Below are positions 49,570-59,227 of a stretch of DNA of 64,000 nucleotides, piece by piece; position 1 is the stretch's first letter, and each line of letters starts with the position of its first letter. Both the position numbers and the translations under genes were made by a program. The notes beneath the pieces were generated by a model. It was not told where the DNA came from, searched no databases, and saw nothing but the letters and a program-made list of their open reading frames with translations. Source of the stretch: Bacteroidales bacterium (GTDB taxonomy: Bacteria; Bacteroidota; Bacteroidia; Bacteroidales; UBA932). The stretch is taken from contig JAQVBQ010000007.1 in the NCBI GenBank assembly GCA_028690215.1, positions 13,232 through 77,231 on the forward strand. The letters run 5' to 3'.

Positions 49570-50091
49570 CTATTCAGCTTTATAATAGACTCCGACCCCG
49601 TCGAAACTGTCAATGAGATCTTCAAAGACAGCTTTGTCGGGGTCGTTTGCTGTCAGCATGTTTTCAAGAATGGACATCATATACTCCTTAGTATAGTTGA
49701 GTTCCAATTTTCTGGAATTGCACGCAGCCGTAATACCTGAGGAAAAGACTCTGTTGTAGATTGTTGCGTAAATCTCGTAAGTTGTATATGTACCGGTGAA
49801 AATCTGGTCTGGTTCGAATGACGTGTATATGAAACTGACGGAGTTTGCATCAAAGACAATTTGTTCCGGTTTCATAAGTTTCTCTATAATCCTTGATTTG
49901 TTATTATTATAATAAGCTGCTGCTTCCGGATGGGCTTTTTCAACCTGTTCATTATAGACAACTCGAACAACACCGGTGTCTATATCCCATGTTCCCACAA
50001 AACTGTTAAAATCATCAGTTTTACTACATCCGGATGACATCAGGGTGATTAATATGACCACTGTGAAATAAAGAAGCCGGTTCAGTCTCAT
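49570..50091 (-). CDS. Hypothetical lipoprotein
   Basis: Lipobox SSGC-SKTDD; FVGTW lipocalin-like start. Confidence 0.7.
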   Translation of the reverse strand: MRLNRLLYFTVVILITLMSSGCSKTDDFNSFVGTWDIDTGVVRVVYNEQVEKAHPEAAAYYNNNKSRIIEKLMKPEQIVFDANSVSFIYTSFEPDQIFTGTYTTYEIYATIYNRVFSSGITAACNSRKLELNYTKEYMMSILENMLTANDPDKAVFEDLIDSFDGVGVYYKAE

Positions 50092-50188
50092 GTCTGCAAT
50101 TGTGACTATTTTATTAAAAAGCCTAGGTTACCACACAAATGTATAAAAATTAGTTTAAAAACATTTAAATTTGAACAAATATCGGAAA

Positions 50189-50983
50189 ATGGAATTTTTT
50201 GCTACTTGTAACGGCATTCCCGTTCATATTTCAGACACTAAGAAAGGGGAGAAGACCCTTGTACTTCTTCATGGATATCTGGAAACACTCTATGTTTGGG
50301 ATGATTTTATAAAAACACTTCCTGAATCCATAAGGGTAATATCAATCGATCTTCCGGGACACGGGCTTACAGGGTCAAATAAAGAGGAGAATTCAATGGC
50401 TTTTATGGCAGATGTCGTAAAATCAGTGCTTGATTTGTGCCAGATTGAATCTGCCTATGTCGTTGGTCATTCAATGGGGGGATATGTCGCTATTGAGGCG
50501 ATAAAGAGGCATAGAGAGAGGTTTTCAGGGATAGTTCTGATGCATTCAGGACCGGGAGCTGACTCAGAGGAGAAAAAAATTGACAGAGAGAGGGAAATCG
50601 AGCTCATTAGAAAAGCAAAATTACAGATGATTGTGAAGATGGGAATTCCCAAAATGTTCGCAAAAGAGAATCTGAGGAGGATGGATGAAAAGATAGCAGA
50701 GATAGAGGAGATATCAGAGACACATGATCCTGAAGGAATTGTGGCAACAATCATAGGGTTGAAAAACAGAGAGGACAATCTGGCCTTTTTAAAAGAGAGT
50801 AAGGTTCCGCTCCTGATCTTCTTTGGCATGGAAGATTACCATATACCACATGAAAAAGCCTTGAACCTGCAAAAAGAACTTCCGGAGGCGAAATGTATAT
50901 TTTTGCAACACTCCGGTCATAATGGCTTTTTGGAAGAGCCTCAGATTGTCAAAGAGGAGATGCTAAAATTTCTAGAATTGTAA
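50189..50983 (+). CDS. Alpha/beta hydrolase
   Basis: LLHGYLE, DLPGHG, nucleophile GHSMGG and SGH. ATG 50189 lies downstream of TAAATTTG (50166-50173). Confidence 0.9.
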   Translation: MEFFATCNGIPVHISDTKKGEKTLVLLHGYLETLYVWDDFIKTLPESIRVISIDLPGHGLTGSNKEENSMAFMADVVKSVLDLCQIESAYVVGHSMGGYVAIEAIKRHRERFSGIVLMHSGPGADSEEKKIDREREIELIRKAKLQMIVKMGIPKMFAKENLRRMDEKIAEIEEISETHDPEGIVATIIGLKNREDNLAFLKESKVPLLIFFGMEDYHIPHEKALNLQKELPEAKCIFLQHSGHNGFLEEPQIVKEEMLKFLEL

Positions 50984-50986
50984 AAT

Positions 50987-52090
50987 ATGATAAAAAAAAC
51001 AATACCGTTACTTTTATTGGCAATGACAATGTCATTGGTAAACGCTGAAGCTCAAAGCAGGGCACGAGACTACGGAGTAAAGCCGGGTGTCTTCAAAACC
51101 GGGAAATTCAATGCTATCACAGATGTCCCGGGAGTTAAAATCGGTCATGTGACAAAGATAGAGGGGGAGGATATGAGAACCGGGGTAACGGCAATTGTCC
51201 CTCACGAAGGCAATATTTTCAGGAACAAGGTTCCGGCAGCAGTATTTGTAGGAAACGGCTTCGGCAAACTTGCGGGAGTAACACAAATTATGGAACTCGG
51301 AAATATTGAAACACCAGTTATTCTGACCAATACAATGAGTGTTGCCGCTGCGCTTGATGCTTTGATCACATATACACTATCCCAACCTGGTAATGAAAAT
51401 ATTGCATCTGTAAATGGTGTGGTTGGTGAGACAAATGACAGCGGTCTCAACAATATAAGGGCGAGATATGTCAAACCGGAAGATGTACTGAAAGCTATTG
51501 AATCTGCTAAAGGCGGTCCTGTTGAAGAGGGCGGGGTAGGAGCCGGTACCGGCACTATCTGTTTTGGTTTCAAGGGTGGAATCGGAACCTCGTCAAGGGT
51601 GCTTCCGGAATCACTCGGCGGTTACACCGTGGGTGTGATAGTTCAGTCAAACTATGGCGGAATCCTTGATATAGACGGAATTAAAGCCGGAGAGATGCTG
51701 GAAAGCTACTCTTTCAGAAAGAATATACTTCAGGATGTAGACGGATCCTGCATGATGGTTGTGATAACAGATGCTCCTGTTACAGCAAGGAACCTTGAGC
51801 GCATTGCAAAAAGGGCATTTATGGGAATGGCCAGGACAGGTGGAATTGCATCAAACGGAAGCGGGGATTATGTAATTGCAATATCAGTTGCTCCTGAGAA
51901 CCTCCTTGACGAATCAAAACCTTTCTATACTCCGAAAGAGCTTCAGAACGACTCGATGTCTCCTCTCTTTATGGCTACAATAGAGGCCACAGAAGAGGCT
52001 TTGCTCAACTCACTCTTTGCGGCAAAAACCGTAAAGGGAATAAATAACAAGGAGGTCCAGAGACTTCCTGTCGAGAAGATAATAAAGTAG
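50987..52090 (+). CDS. DmpA/P1-family (S58) aminopeptidase with signal peptide
   Basis: NAITDVPGVKIGH, GNGFGK, GETND, GAGTG, KGGIGTSSR, autoproteolytic G|S (DGSC) and GSGDY. Confidence 0.9.
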   Translation: MIKKTIPLLLLAMTMSLVNAEAQSRARDYGVKPGVFKTGKFNAITDVPGVKIGHVTKIEGEDMRTGVTAIVPHEGNIFRNKVPAAVFVGNGFGKLAGVTQIMELGNIETPVILTNTMSVAAALDALITYTLSQPGNENIASVNGVVGETNDSGLNNIRARYVKPEDVLKAIESAKGGPVEEGGVGAGTGTICFGFKGGIGTSSRVLPESLGGYTVGVIVQSNYGGILDIDGIKAGEMLESYSFRKNILQDVDGSCMMVVITDAPVTARNLERIAKRAFMGMARTGGIASNGSGDYVIAISVAPENLLDESKPFYTPKELQNDSMSPLFMATIEATEEALLNSLFAAKTVKGINNKEVQRLPVEKIIK

Positions 52091-52095
52091 TTTTT

Positions 52096-53265
52096 CTACC
52101 AGAGAAAATTATTGAAAGGGTATCTTCCGGCGTGTATTTCAGCCACCATTTTATAGATATCGTTCCTTAGCTTATCAATCTGTGTTTTCTCCTTGGCAGA
52201 GATGAATATGCACGGATTGTGCTCTTTTCCCATCCAGGAGTTTTTCAGCTCCTCAAGGCTGTAATTTTCCTGCTTTTTAGGCCCTAAATCATACTCGTCC
52301 TGCGGAGTGTATTTGTAAAGATCGATCTTGTTAAAAACGAGGAAAAGAGGCTTTTCTTTGGCTCCTATATCGGCAAGAGTCTCATTGACCACCCTTATCT
52401 GCTCTTCAAAACCGGGATGCGATATATCTACAACATGCATGAGAATATCGGACTCACGGACTTCGTCAAGTGTACTTTTAAAAGACTCGACAAGCTGGTG
52501 AGGGAGCTTTCTTATGAAACCGACTGTGTCGCTCAGAAGAAAAGGAACATTCTCTATGACTACTTTCCTGACAGTGGTATCAAGCGTTGCAAATAGTTTG
52601 TTTTCAGCAAAAACATCACTTTTTGCAAGTAGATTCATTAGTGTACTCTTTCCAACATTTGTGTAACCAACAAGGGCAATTCTTACAAGGTTTCCCCTGT
52701 TACCACGTTGAGAAGACATCTGGCGGTCAATTTTCTTTAACTGCTCCTTCAGCTTGCTTATTTTATCCAGGATAATTCTTCGGTCGGTCTCAATCTGACT
52801 CTCTCCGGGTCCCCTCATTCCAATACCACCCCTCTGTCTTTCAAGGTGAGACCACATACGGGTAAGCCTTGGAAGAAGATACTGATACTGCGCTAGTTCA
52901 ACCTGTGTCTTTGCATAGGCTGTCTTGGCCCTTTGTGCAAAAATATCGAGAATAAGGCTTGTTCTGTCAAGAACTCTGCACATCAGTTCACGCTCAATAT
53001 TCCTAAGCTGCGATGGGGTAAGTTCATCATCAAAGATTACAAGCTTTATCTCGTTTTCTGTTATATAGCTCTTTATCTCATCGAGCTTGCCCGAACCGAC
53101 ATAGGTCTTGTTGTTCGGTCTTTCCAGTCTCTGAATGAACTTTTTATCTCCGGCCGCACCGGCAGTCTCCGCAAGAAATTCCAGTTCATCAAGGTATTCC
53201 AGAACTTTACTCTCGTCGTCATTCTGGGAAATTACACCGACAAAGACGCATTTTTCTATTTCCAT
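52096..53265 (-). CDS. hflX: GTPase HflX
   Basis: ILDIFAQRA, GPGESQIETDRR, VGYTNVGKST, LFATLD, DTVGFI and NKID. Confidence 0.97.
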   Translation of the reverse strand: MEIEKCVFVGVISQNDDESKVLEYLDELEFLAETAGAAGDKKFIQRLERPNNKTYVGSGKLDEIKSYITENEIKLVIFDDELTPSQLRNIERELMCRVLDRTSLILDIFAQRAKTAYAKTQVELAQYQYLLPRLTRMWSHLERQRGGIGMRGPGESQIETDRRIILDKISKLKEQLKKIDRQMSSQRGNRGNLVRIALVGYTNVGKSTLMNLLAKSDVFAENKLFATLDTTVRKVVIENVPFLLSDTVGFIRKLPHQLVESFKSTLDEVRESDILMHVVDISHPGFEEQIRVVNETLADIGAKEKPLFLVFNKIDLYKYTPQDEYDLGPKKQENYSLEELKNSWMGKEHNPCIFISAKEKTQIDKLRNDIYKMVAEIHAGRYPFNNFLW

Positions 53266-53301
53266 AAATATTATTTAGAAATGAATGTAGTTAAAATTAC
53301 T

Positions 53302-53336
53302 AAAAAAAAGGCTGCATCTTAAGGAGGCAGCCTTTT
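53302..53336 (-). terminator. Intrinsic terminator after tonB
   Basis: AAAAAAAAGGCTGC...GCAGCCTTTT hairpin; T8 tract on the minus strand. Confidence 0.8.
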
Positions 53337-53357
53337 CTTAAATATCTAATTATGTAA

Positions 53358-54050
53358 TTATCTCAACTGGAATATCACTGGGAAAATGTAACGTACCTTA
53401 ACCGGTTTGTTTCTTTGTCTTCCCGGTGTCCATTTAGGTGAAGAAGCAACAACACGTGCAGCCTCTTTGTCAAGTGAAGCATCTACTCCTCTGACAACCT
53501 TAACGTCACTAACACTACCGTCTGTATTAACAAGGAACTGGAGAATAACACGACCCTGAACACCATTTTCCTTTGCCATCTCAGGGTAAACAAGGCGTTC
53601 AAAAACCCATTTTGTAAAGGTATTCTCGTCACCGCCCTGGAATTTTGGTTTCTCTTCCACAATCTGGAACGGAATTTCCTCTTCTTCAACCTCTTCTGCT
53701 TTACCTGTGCCGGCAACATAGTTCTTTATCTCTACTCCTAGCTTTTTGTCATCTTCAGTATTGATAACAAGGTCTGTATCAATTTTCATATCGTCATCAA
53801 CGATCTGAATCTCGTCAGAAACTACTGGGATTTCCATTGTCTGTGGCGGAGGAGTGTTTTCTTGTGTAATAGGAATCATTTCATCTTCAATGATAACTGC
53901 TGTATCATTTTTCATAGTTGATTCCTCCCTGTCAGTGCTTTTCCATTCAAAAGCAAGCAGCGAAACTGCCAAAGCGACTATTAATCCTACTTCTCTGAAG
54001 AAAAATTTTTTGCCTTCAAGATTAGCCTTAGGTGTTTTCTTTACTTCCAT
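53358..54050 (-). CDS. tonB: Energy transducer TonB
   Basis: N-terminal TM; YPEMAKENGVQGRV..F.V..DG and WTPG.Q..KPV.VRY..PV.F. Confidence 0.9.
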   Translation of the reverse strand: MEVKKTPKANLEGKKFFFREVGLIVALAVSLLAFEWKSTDREESTMKNDTAVIIEDEMIPITQENTPPPQTMEIPVVSDEIQIVDDDMKIDTDLVINTEDDKKLGVEIKNYVAGTGKAEEVEEEEIPFQIVEEKPKFQGGDENTFTKWVFERLVYPEMAKENGVQGRVILQFLVNTDGSVSDVKVVRGVDASLDKEAARVVASSPKWTPGRQRNKPVKVRYIFPVIFQLR

Positions 54051-54099
54051 AACTTTGTCTCTGCGATTTTTGAGTTTGTAAAAGTAATAAGAAATAATT

Positions 54100-54190
54100 A
54101 TTTGACAAAAGTTATTGTGGATAAACTTTTCAAAATAATTCTAAAATCAACAATAGTAGAACATTAAATGTTTATAAAGTTGTTCAAAAC
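54100..54190. promoter_or_regulatory. Second DnaA-box cluster
   Basis: Perfect TGTGGATAA (54116-54124), plus TGTTTATAA (54169-54177), AAATCAACA (54144-54152) and TGTTCAAAA (54181-54189). Confidence 0.5.
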
Positions 54191-54197
54191 TTTTAAG

Positions 54198-54271
<74 letters not shown>

Positions 54272-54323
54272 GTGAGTTTTTGCTCACTTTTACATGAGCA
54301 AAAACTATTCCAAATAGTTAAAA

Positions 54324-55265
54324 CTATACGAGTTTCAGTTCTTTGAGGACATCATTTGTAGTACGTACAGCGTCAACACTCTTCTGGAAGAGAGCTCTCT
54401 CTTCAGGATTGAGGTTTAGTTCAATGATTCTCTCCCAACCATTTTTACCTATAACGCAAGGTACACCTATGCATACGTCGTTCTGGTAGTACTCTCCCTC
54501 AAGAGATACACAGCAAGGATATACCTTTTTCTCATCGTGAACGATAGCCCTTACAAGAGCAGCTGCATTTGCGCCCGGAGCATACCAAGCTGAAGTACCG
54601 ATAAGTTTGGTAAGAGTTGCACCGCCCTTCATTGTGTCTTCTGTAATCTGGTCAAGTACCTCTTTTGTAGTAAGTTCTGATACAGGAATACCTCTGAGGT
54701 TTGCAAATCTTGCAAGTGGAATCATAGTTGTATCACCATGTCCGCCAATTACCATACCTGCAACGTCACTTGCCGGAGCATCAAGAGCTTTGCTCAGGTA
54801 ATAAATGAAACGGCTGCTGTCAAGCATACCGCCCATACCTATGACCTTGTTTTTAGGAAGACCGGATGTCTTGAGAGTCAGGTAGGTCATAGTATCCATA
54901 GGGTTGGATATTATTACGATGGTTGCATTTGGAGAATATTTGAGAGAGTTGGTAACAACATCATTAACAATAGAGGCATTTGTTCCAATAAGCTCTTCTC
55001 TGGTCATACCTGGTTTACGTGGTATGCCTGATGTGATTACAATAACATCAGAGTTTGATGTTGCTTCATAATCACTAGTAACACCGGTAATTCTGGTTTC
55101 AAATTTAAGATGCTTAGCTGTCTGCATCATATCAATTGCCTTACCTTCTGACAAACCTGGTTTAACATCTAGAAGAACAATTTCAGATGCTACCTGCATC
55201 AGACACATTGCGTAAGCGCATGTTGCACCAACATTACCGGCACCAATAACACTAACTTTTGACAT
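54324..55265 (-). CDS. mdh: Malate dehydrogenase (LDH-like)
   Basis: GAGNVG, GIPRKPGMTREEL, SNPMD, LDSSRF, GGHGD and SAWYAP. Confidence 0.95.
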   Translation of the reverse strand: MSKVSVIGAGNVGATCAYAMCLMQVASEIVLLDVKPGLSEGKAIDMMQTAKHLKFETRITGVTSDYEATSNSDVIVITSGIPRKPGMTREELIGTNASIVNDVVTNSLKYSPNATIVIISNPMDTMTYLTLKTSGLPKNKVIGMGGMLDSSRFIYYLSKALDAPASDVAGMVIGGHGDTTMIPLARFANLRGIPVSELTTKEVLDQITEDTMKGGATLTKLIGTSAWYAPGANAAALVRAIVHDEKKVYPCCVSLEGEYYQNDVCIGVPCVIGKNGWERIIELNLNPEERALFQKSVDAVRTTNDVLKELKLV

Positions 55266-55361
55266 GGTTTTAAAAAAGTTTTAAATGAGTATATTTTTGT
55301 AGTTTTGCACAAATATTTTTGTATGGACCAAGTAACGAATTTCTGCACATTTCGTGCCAAA

Positions 55362-55703
55362 ATGAATAAAAAAATCCTCGATCAGGATAAATTGTTCTTT
55401 AAAAGATTTTTTAATCTGGATACCAGGACTTACGAGGATGGAGCATTGTCTGCTCAGACTAAAGAGATGCTGGGTTTAGCAACTTCAATGGTTTTGAGGT
55501 GTGACGACTGTATAAAATACCATCTTGAAAAATGTTACGAATTGAAAGTAACCAAAGAACAACTTTTTGAGATCTTTTCTGTTGCTAATTTAGTAGGAGG
55601 CTCAATTGTCATACCACATACAAGAAGAGCTCTTGATTATTGGGAAGAATTAGAAAATTCTGAAAATTCTGAAAATTCTGAAAATTCCGAAAACCATGAT
55701 TAA
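55362..55703 (+). CDS. Carboxymuconolactone decarboxylase/AhpD-like protein
   Basis: DGALSAQTKEMLGL, CxxC (RCDDCIKYH) and VGGSIVIPH. ATG 55362 preferred. Confidence 0.87.
   Translation: MNKKILDQDKLFFKRFFNLDTRTYEDGALSAQTKEMLGLATSMVLRCDDCIKYHLEKCYELKVTKEQLFEIFSVANLVGGSIVIPHTRRALDYWEELENSENSENSENSENHD
55653..55697 (+). repeat. 9-bp tandem repeat (GAAAATTCT)
   Basis: Three perfect and two degenerate units encoding [15 protein letters not shown]. Confidence 0.9.
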
Positions 55704-56136
55704 CTTTTTTACTGAGGATATAAAGTTCAACTATAAAAATAGAAGAGCTTCAAAAAGGTGGATTCTATCTGCCTTAGAAGAGGAGAACGTTTTTAAAAAA
55801 AAGAAATTTGAGGAACTCTCTATTATTTTTTGTTCTGACGAGTATCTTCTTGATATGAATAAAAAGTATTTAGGTCATGACTATTTTACTGATGTGATAA
55901 CATTCGATAACTCTGAAGAGAATACTTTTTCCGGAGATATTTTTATTAGCATAGATAGAGTTAGGGAAAATGCCGGAACATTTGGCCAACTATTTATAGA
56001 TGAACTTCATAGGGTTATTATACATGGTGTTTTACACCTTTCAGGATATGACGATGGAACAGAACAAGAACAAAAAATGATGAGATCCAGAGAGGATTAC
56101 TATATAGCAAAGAGAGGGTTTGATGATAACAGATAG
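55696..56136 (+). CDS. ybeY: rRNA maturation RNase YbeY
   Basis: [16 protein letters not shown] and [11 protein letters not shown]. Confidence 0.93.
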   Translation: MINFFTEDIKFNYKNRRASKRWILSALEEENVFKKKKFEELSIIFCSDEYLLDMNKKYLGHDYFTDVITFDNSEENTFSGDIFISIDRVRENAGTFGQLFIDELHRVIIHGVLHLSGYDDGTEQEQKMMRSREDYYIAKRGFDDNR

Positions 56137-58204
56137 TTATGATATAATAGTAGTAGGTGCAGGCCATGCGGGATGTGAAGCGGCTCATGCCGGAGCGAAG
56201 ATGGGATCAAAGGTCTTACTGCTCACTATGGATTTGGGAAAGATTGCACAAATGTCATGCAATCCTGCGGTCGGTGGAATTGCAAAAGGACAGATCGTAA
56301 GAGAGATTGATGCCCTTGGTGGCTATATGGGAATTGTTACAGATGCAAGTACAATTCAGTTCAGAATGTTGAATAGGTCAAAAGGCCCGGCAATGTGGAG
56401 TCCCAGAGCACAATGTGACAGACAGCATTTTTCAATGAATTGGCGTTATGTGCTTGAACACACAAAAAACCTGAATCTTTGGCAGGACTCGGCAACAGAG
56501 TTGATATTCGAAGGGAAAAAGGTAGTAGGAGTAAAAACTTCGTTGGGAGCAAAATTTCTTGCCAAATCGGTTATAATTACCTCAGGAACTTTTTTAAATG
56601 GTAAACTCTTCATAGGACATAATACAGCCGAAGGGGGAAGAGTAGGGGAACCGGCATCACTTTTTTTATCAGATCAGATAAAAGAGAAGGGAATTGAGGT
56701 CGACAGAATGAAAACCGGAACTCCGCCACGTTTGGATATTCGCTCGGTTGACTTGACAAGGTTACAGATACAGAAAGGAGATGCAACTCCTGAAAAGTTC
56801 TCTTTTCTCACAATTCCTTCCCCAATTCAGGCAAATATCGATCAAATGCCGTGTTTCATGGTCCATACAAATAAAAATGTACACGAAATTTTGAAAGGGG
56901 GTTTTCAGGACTCTCCACTCTTTTCAGGGAAGATCCATGGAAAAGGCCCAAGATATTGTCCGAGCATCGAAGATAAACTAAGAACTTTTTCCGATAAGGA
57001 TTCACATCAACTTTTTCTCGAACCGGAAGGGTGGAATACACATGAATATTATTTACAAGGATTCTCGTCCTCTTTACCTCTCGAGATACAGTATGCTGCT
57101 CTAAGAGAGATACCTGGGCTGGAATCCGTGGTTATATACAGACCCGCTTATGCAGTCGAATACGATTATTTTCCACCGACACAATTGAATCATACCCTGG
57201 AAACAAAAGAAGTAGAGAACCTATATTTTGCAGGACAGGTTAATGGTACTACAGGTTATGAGGAGGCGGCAGCTCAAGGATTAATGGCAGGAATAAATGC
57301 TCATCTGAAAATTTCAGGCAAAGAACCTTTCGTTTTAAAAAGAGATCAAGCTTATATCGGAGTCTTGATTGATGATTTAGTTACCAAAGGTGTTGATGAG
57401 CCATACAGAATGTTTACCTCAAGAGCAGAGTATAGAATTCTTTTACGCCAAGACAATGCAGACAGGCGCCTTACAGAAGCATCCTACTATATAGGTCTTG
57501 CTACCAAGCAGAGATACGAATCAACAAAAAGAAAATACTTACAAGTAAAACAGATTTCCGATTTTATTCAAAACTCATCAATTCTCCCAAAAGATCTAAA
57601 CCCGTATCTCGAATTTATTGGCTCAAGCGAGATTCAACAAAAGAAGCCACTTTCAGAAATATTAGCTAGACCCGAAACGGATTTGACCTCATTATTAAAA
57701 AATGTTCCTCGTGGAACATTTGATGATTACAGAGAGACAATAATAAGAAATGAAAACGAAATTGGTCCGCAAATAATAGAGGCCCTGCGAGATGCTACAA
57801 TCAATACGTCTGAAAATCAAGATTTTGCAGAGGCGTTTTCAAAAGGTCTTGATGACCTATTCGACACGTCGGTTTTAGAAAGCGGTTTACCATATAATCA
57901 GAATCCTAAGGTAGATAAGGCAACAATGTCAAAAATTTATGCTTTTGAGTTGATTTCATCTTCTGAAATAGCAATTAAGTATAAAGGGTATATTGAGAGA
58001 GAAAAAAGACTTGCAGATAAAATCTTAAGACTGGAAGATGTTAAGATCCCTGAAAAATTTGATTACTCAGTTTTAAAATCAATTTCTATAGAGTCGCGAC
58101 AGAAGCTCGAAAAGCACAGGCCTACGACAATAGCCCAGGCGTCAAGGATACCTGGGGTCTCTCCGGCAGACATATCTGTTCTACTTGTCTATTTCGGACG
58201 ATAG
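56123..58204 (+). CDS. mnmG: tRNA uridine-5-carboxymethylaminomethyl synthesis enzyme MnmG (GidA)
   Basis: [48 protein letters not shown] and [11 protein letters not shown]. Confidence 0.98.
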   Translation: MITDSYDIIVVGAGHAGCEAAHAGAKMGSKVLLLTMDLGKIAQMSCNPAVGGIAKGQIVREIDALGGYMGIVTDASTIQFRMLNRSKGPAMWSPRAQCDRQHFSMNWRYVLEHTKNLNLWQDSATELIFEGKKVVGVKTSLGAKFLAKSVIITSGTFLNGKLFIGHNTAEGGRVGEPASLFLSDQIKEKGIEVDRMKTGTPPRLDIRSVDLTRLQIQKGDATPEKFSFLTIPSPIQANIDQMPCFMVHTNKNVHEILKGGFQDSPLFSGKIHGKGPRYCPSIEDKLRTFSDKDSHQLFLEPEGWNTHEYYLQGFSSSLPLEIQYAALREIPGLESVVIYRPAYAVEYDYFPPTQLNHTLETKEVENLYFAGQVNGTTGYEEAAAQGLMAGINAHLKISGKEPFVLKRDQAYIGVLIDDLVTKGVDEPYRMFTSRAEYRILLRQDNADRRLTEASYYIGLATKQRYESTKRKYLQVKQISDFIQNSSILPKDLNPYLEFIGSSEIQQKKPLSEILARPETDLTSLLKNVPRGTFDDYRETIIRNENEIGPQIIEALRDATINTSENQDFAEAFSKGLDDLFDTSVLESGLPYNQNPKVDKATMSKIYAFELISSSEIAIKYKGYIEREKRLADKILRLEDVKIPEKFDYSVLKSISIESRQKLEKHRPTTIAQASRIPGVSPADISVLLVYFGR
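57703..57718. promoter_or_regulatory. parS-like centromere site 1 (inside mnmG)
   Basis: TGTTCCTCGTGGAACA, one mismatch from the palindrome TGTTCCACGTGGAACA. Confidence 0.8.
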
Positions 58205-58280
58205 TAGAGGACTTGAATACAGCGATGTTGTTTAGAATCTAACAAGTTTTATACTCAAAACCATTTTTTTAGAAAGAAAA

Positions 58281-58296
58281 TGTTCCTCGTGGAACA
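58281..58296. promoter_or_regulatory. parS-like centromere site 2 (mnmG/GNAT intergenic)
   Basis: Identical TGTTCCTCGTGGAACA. Confidence 0.8.
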
Positions 58297-58328
58297 TGGA
58301 GTAAAATCTTTTTTTCTCTAAGAATCGA

Positions 58329-59222
58329 TTATTCCATCGGAAGCAAAATGGAAAAATTTCTGATAATTGTGTCCACTCCCTCCGTAATGGGAAGAAGTAA
58401 TCCGCTCCTTTTTAGATTTTGGACATTTGCAATGTCGCTGTTGGGGCGTATAATTTTTACCGCTTTAGCCTTAGGGTATTGATTTTTGATTGTTTTGTAA
58501 ACATAAGAGAAATCGCTCTCTTCGATGTTTGTTTCCAAAACCAAAATTGTTTCTATGTTTCCTGCTTCAGGGGAGATTATGAAATATCCAAATTGTGAAG
58601 AATCTTCGTTCCGGCTGGCAGTTACGCAGAAACCCTCTTTCAAGGCAGTCTCCAGCAAAATGTAATTTAAAACTTCCCTGCTCCAGAGAAATTTGTTGGT
58701 GGAAACATATCTAGATTCCTCAAAAAAATCAAGGGTGAGAGGTATGGTGTGGAGTAGGGAGGTGTGTGGTGTATCTTTCTCTGAATGACTTTCGGAAGAA
58801 TCAATTGTTTCTATATGTTGCTCTTCATATAATGTGCAGATGAATCCATATCTTTGATATAGATCATACAAGCTATCAGTTGCCGGTTTTGTTATAAGAA
58901 AGGAGAGATTCTCGTTCCGGCATATCTGTTTTGCAATATTTATAAGCGATGAGGATAAAGAAAAACCTCTATGCTCGGGCTTTGTTCCTACAGCATAGAG
59001 GTAATATCCTTTAATGATTTTTTTGTCGATCCGGGCAGTTGCAGGAATCAGGGTTATGCTTGATGCTATTTCTCCTGAATCGGTTATTGCAACGAGTGTC
59101 TTTGTGTATGGGAAGCAATACTTGAAATAGTTTTCAATATAGGGATAATCATCGGTAAAGCAGGCTGTCCAGATTCCAAATAAACCGCCAATGTCATCAC
59201 TGTTTGCTTCCCTGAAAATCAT
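58329..59222 (-). CDS. GNAT family N-acetyltransferase (Eis-like N-domain)
   Basis: W..CF.D, YLYAVGTKPEHRGFSLSS.LI and PAT..LY..YQRYGF. Confidence 0.85.
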   Translation of the reverse strand: MIFREANSDDIGGLFGIWTACFTDDYPYIENYFKYCFPYTKTLVAITDSGEIASSITLIPATARIDKKIIKGYYLYAVGTKPEHRGFSLSSSLINIAKQICRNENLSFLITKPATDSLYDLYQRYGFICTLYEEQHIETIDSSESHSEKDTPHTSLLHTIPLTLDFFEESRYVSTNKFLWSREVLNYILLETALKEGFCVTASRNEDSSQFGYFIISPEAGNIETILVLETNIEESDFSYVYKTIKNQYPKAKAVKIIRPNSDIANVQNLKRSGLLLPITEGVDTIIRNFSILLPME

Positions 59223-59227
59223 TGTCG

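Noticed and set aside
54051-54197. Possible integrative element at the tRNA-Ala 3' end
   Set aside because: No integrase and no duplicated tRNA 3' end seen; flanking genes are housekeeping.
57699-58297. The 21-bp duplicate as a CRISPR repeat or IS end
   Set aside because: Only two copies 578 bp apart, with no cas or transposase genes; parS explains it better.
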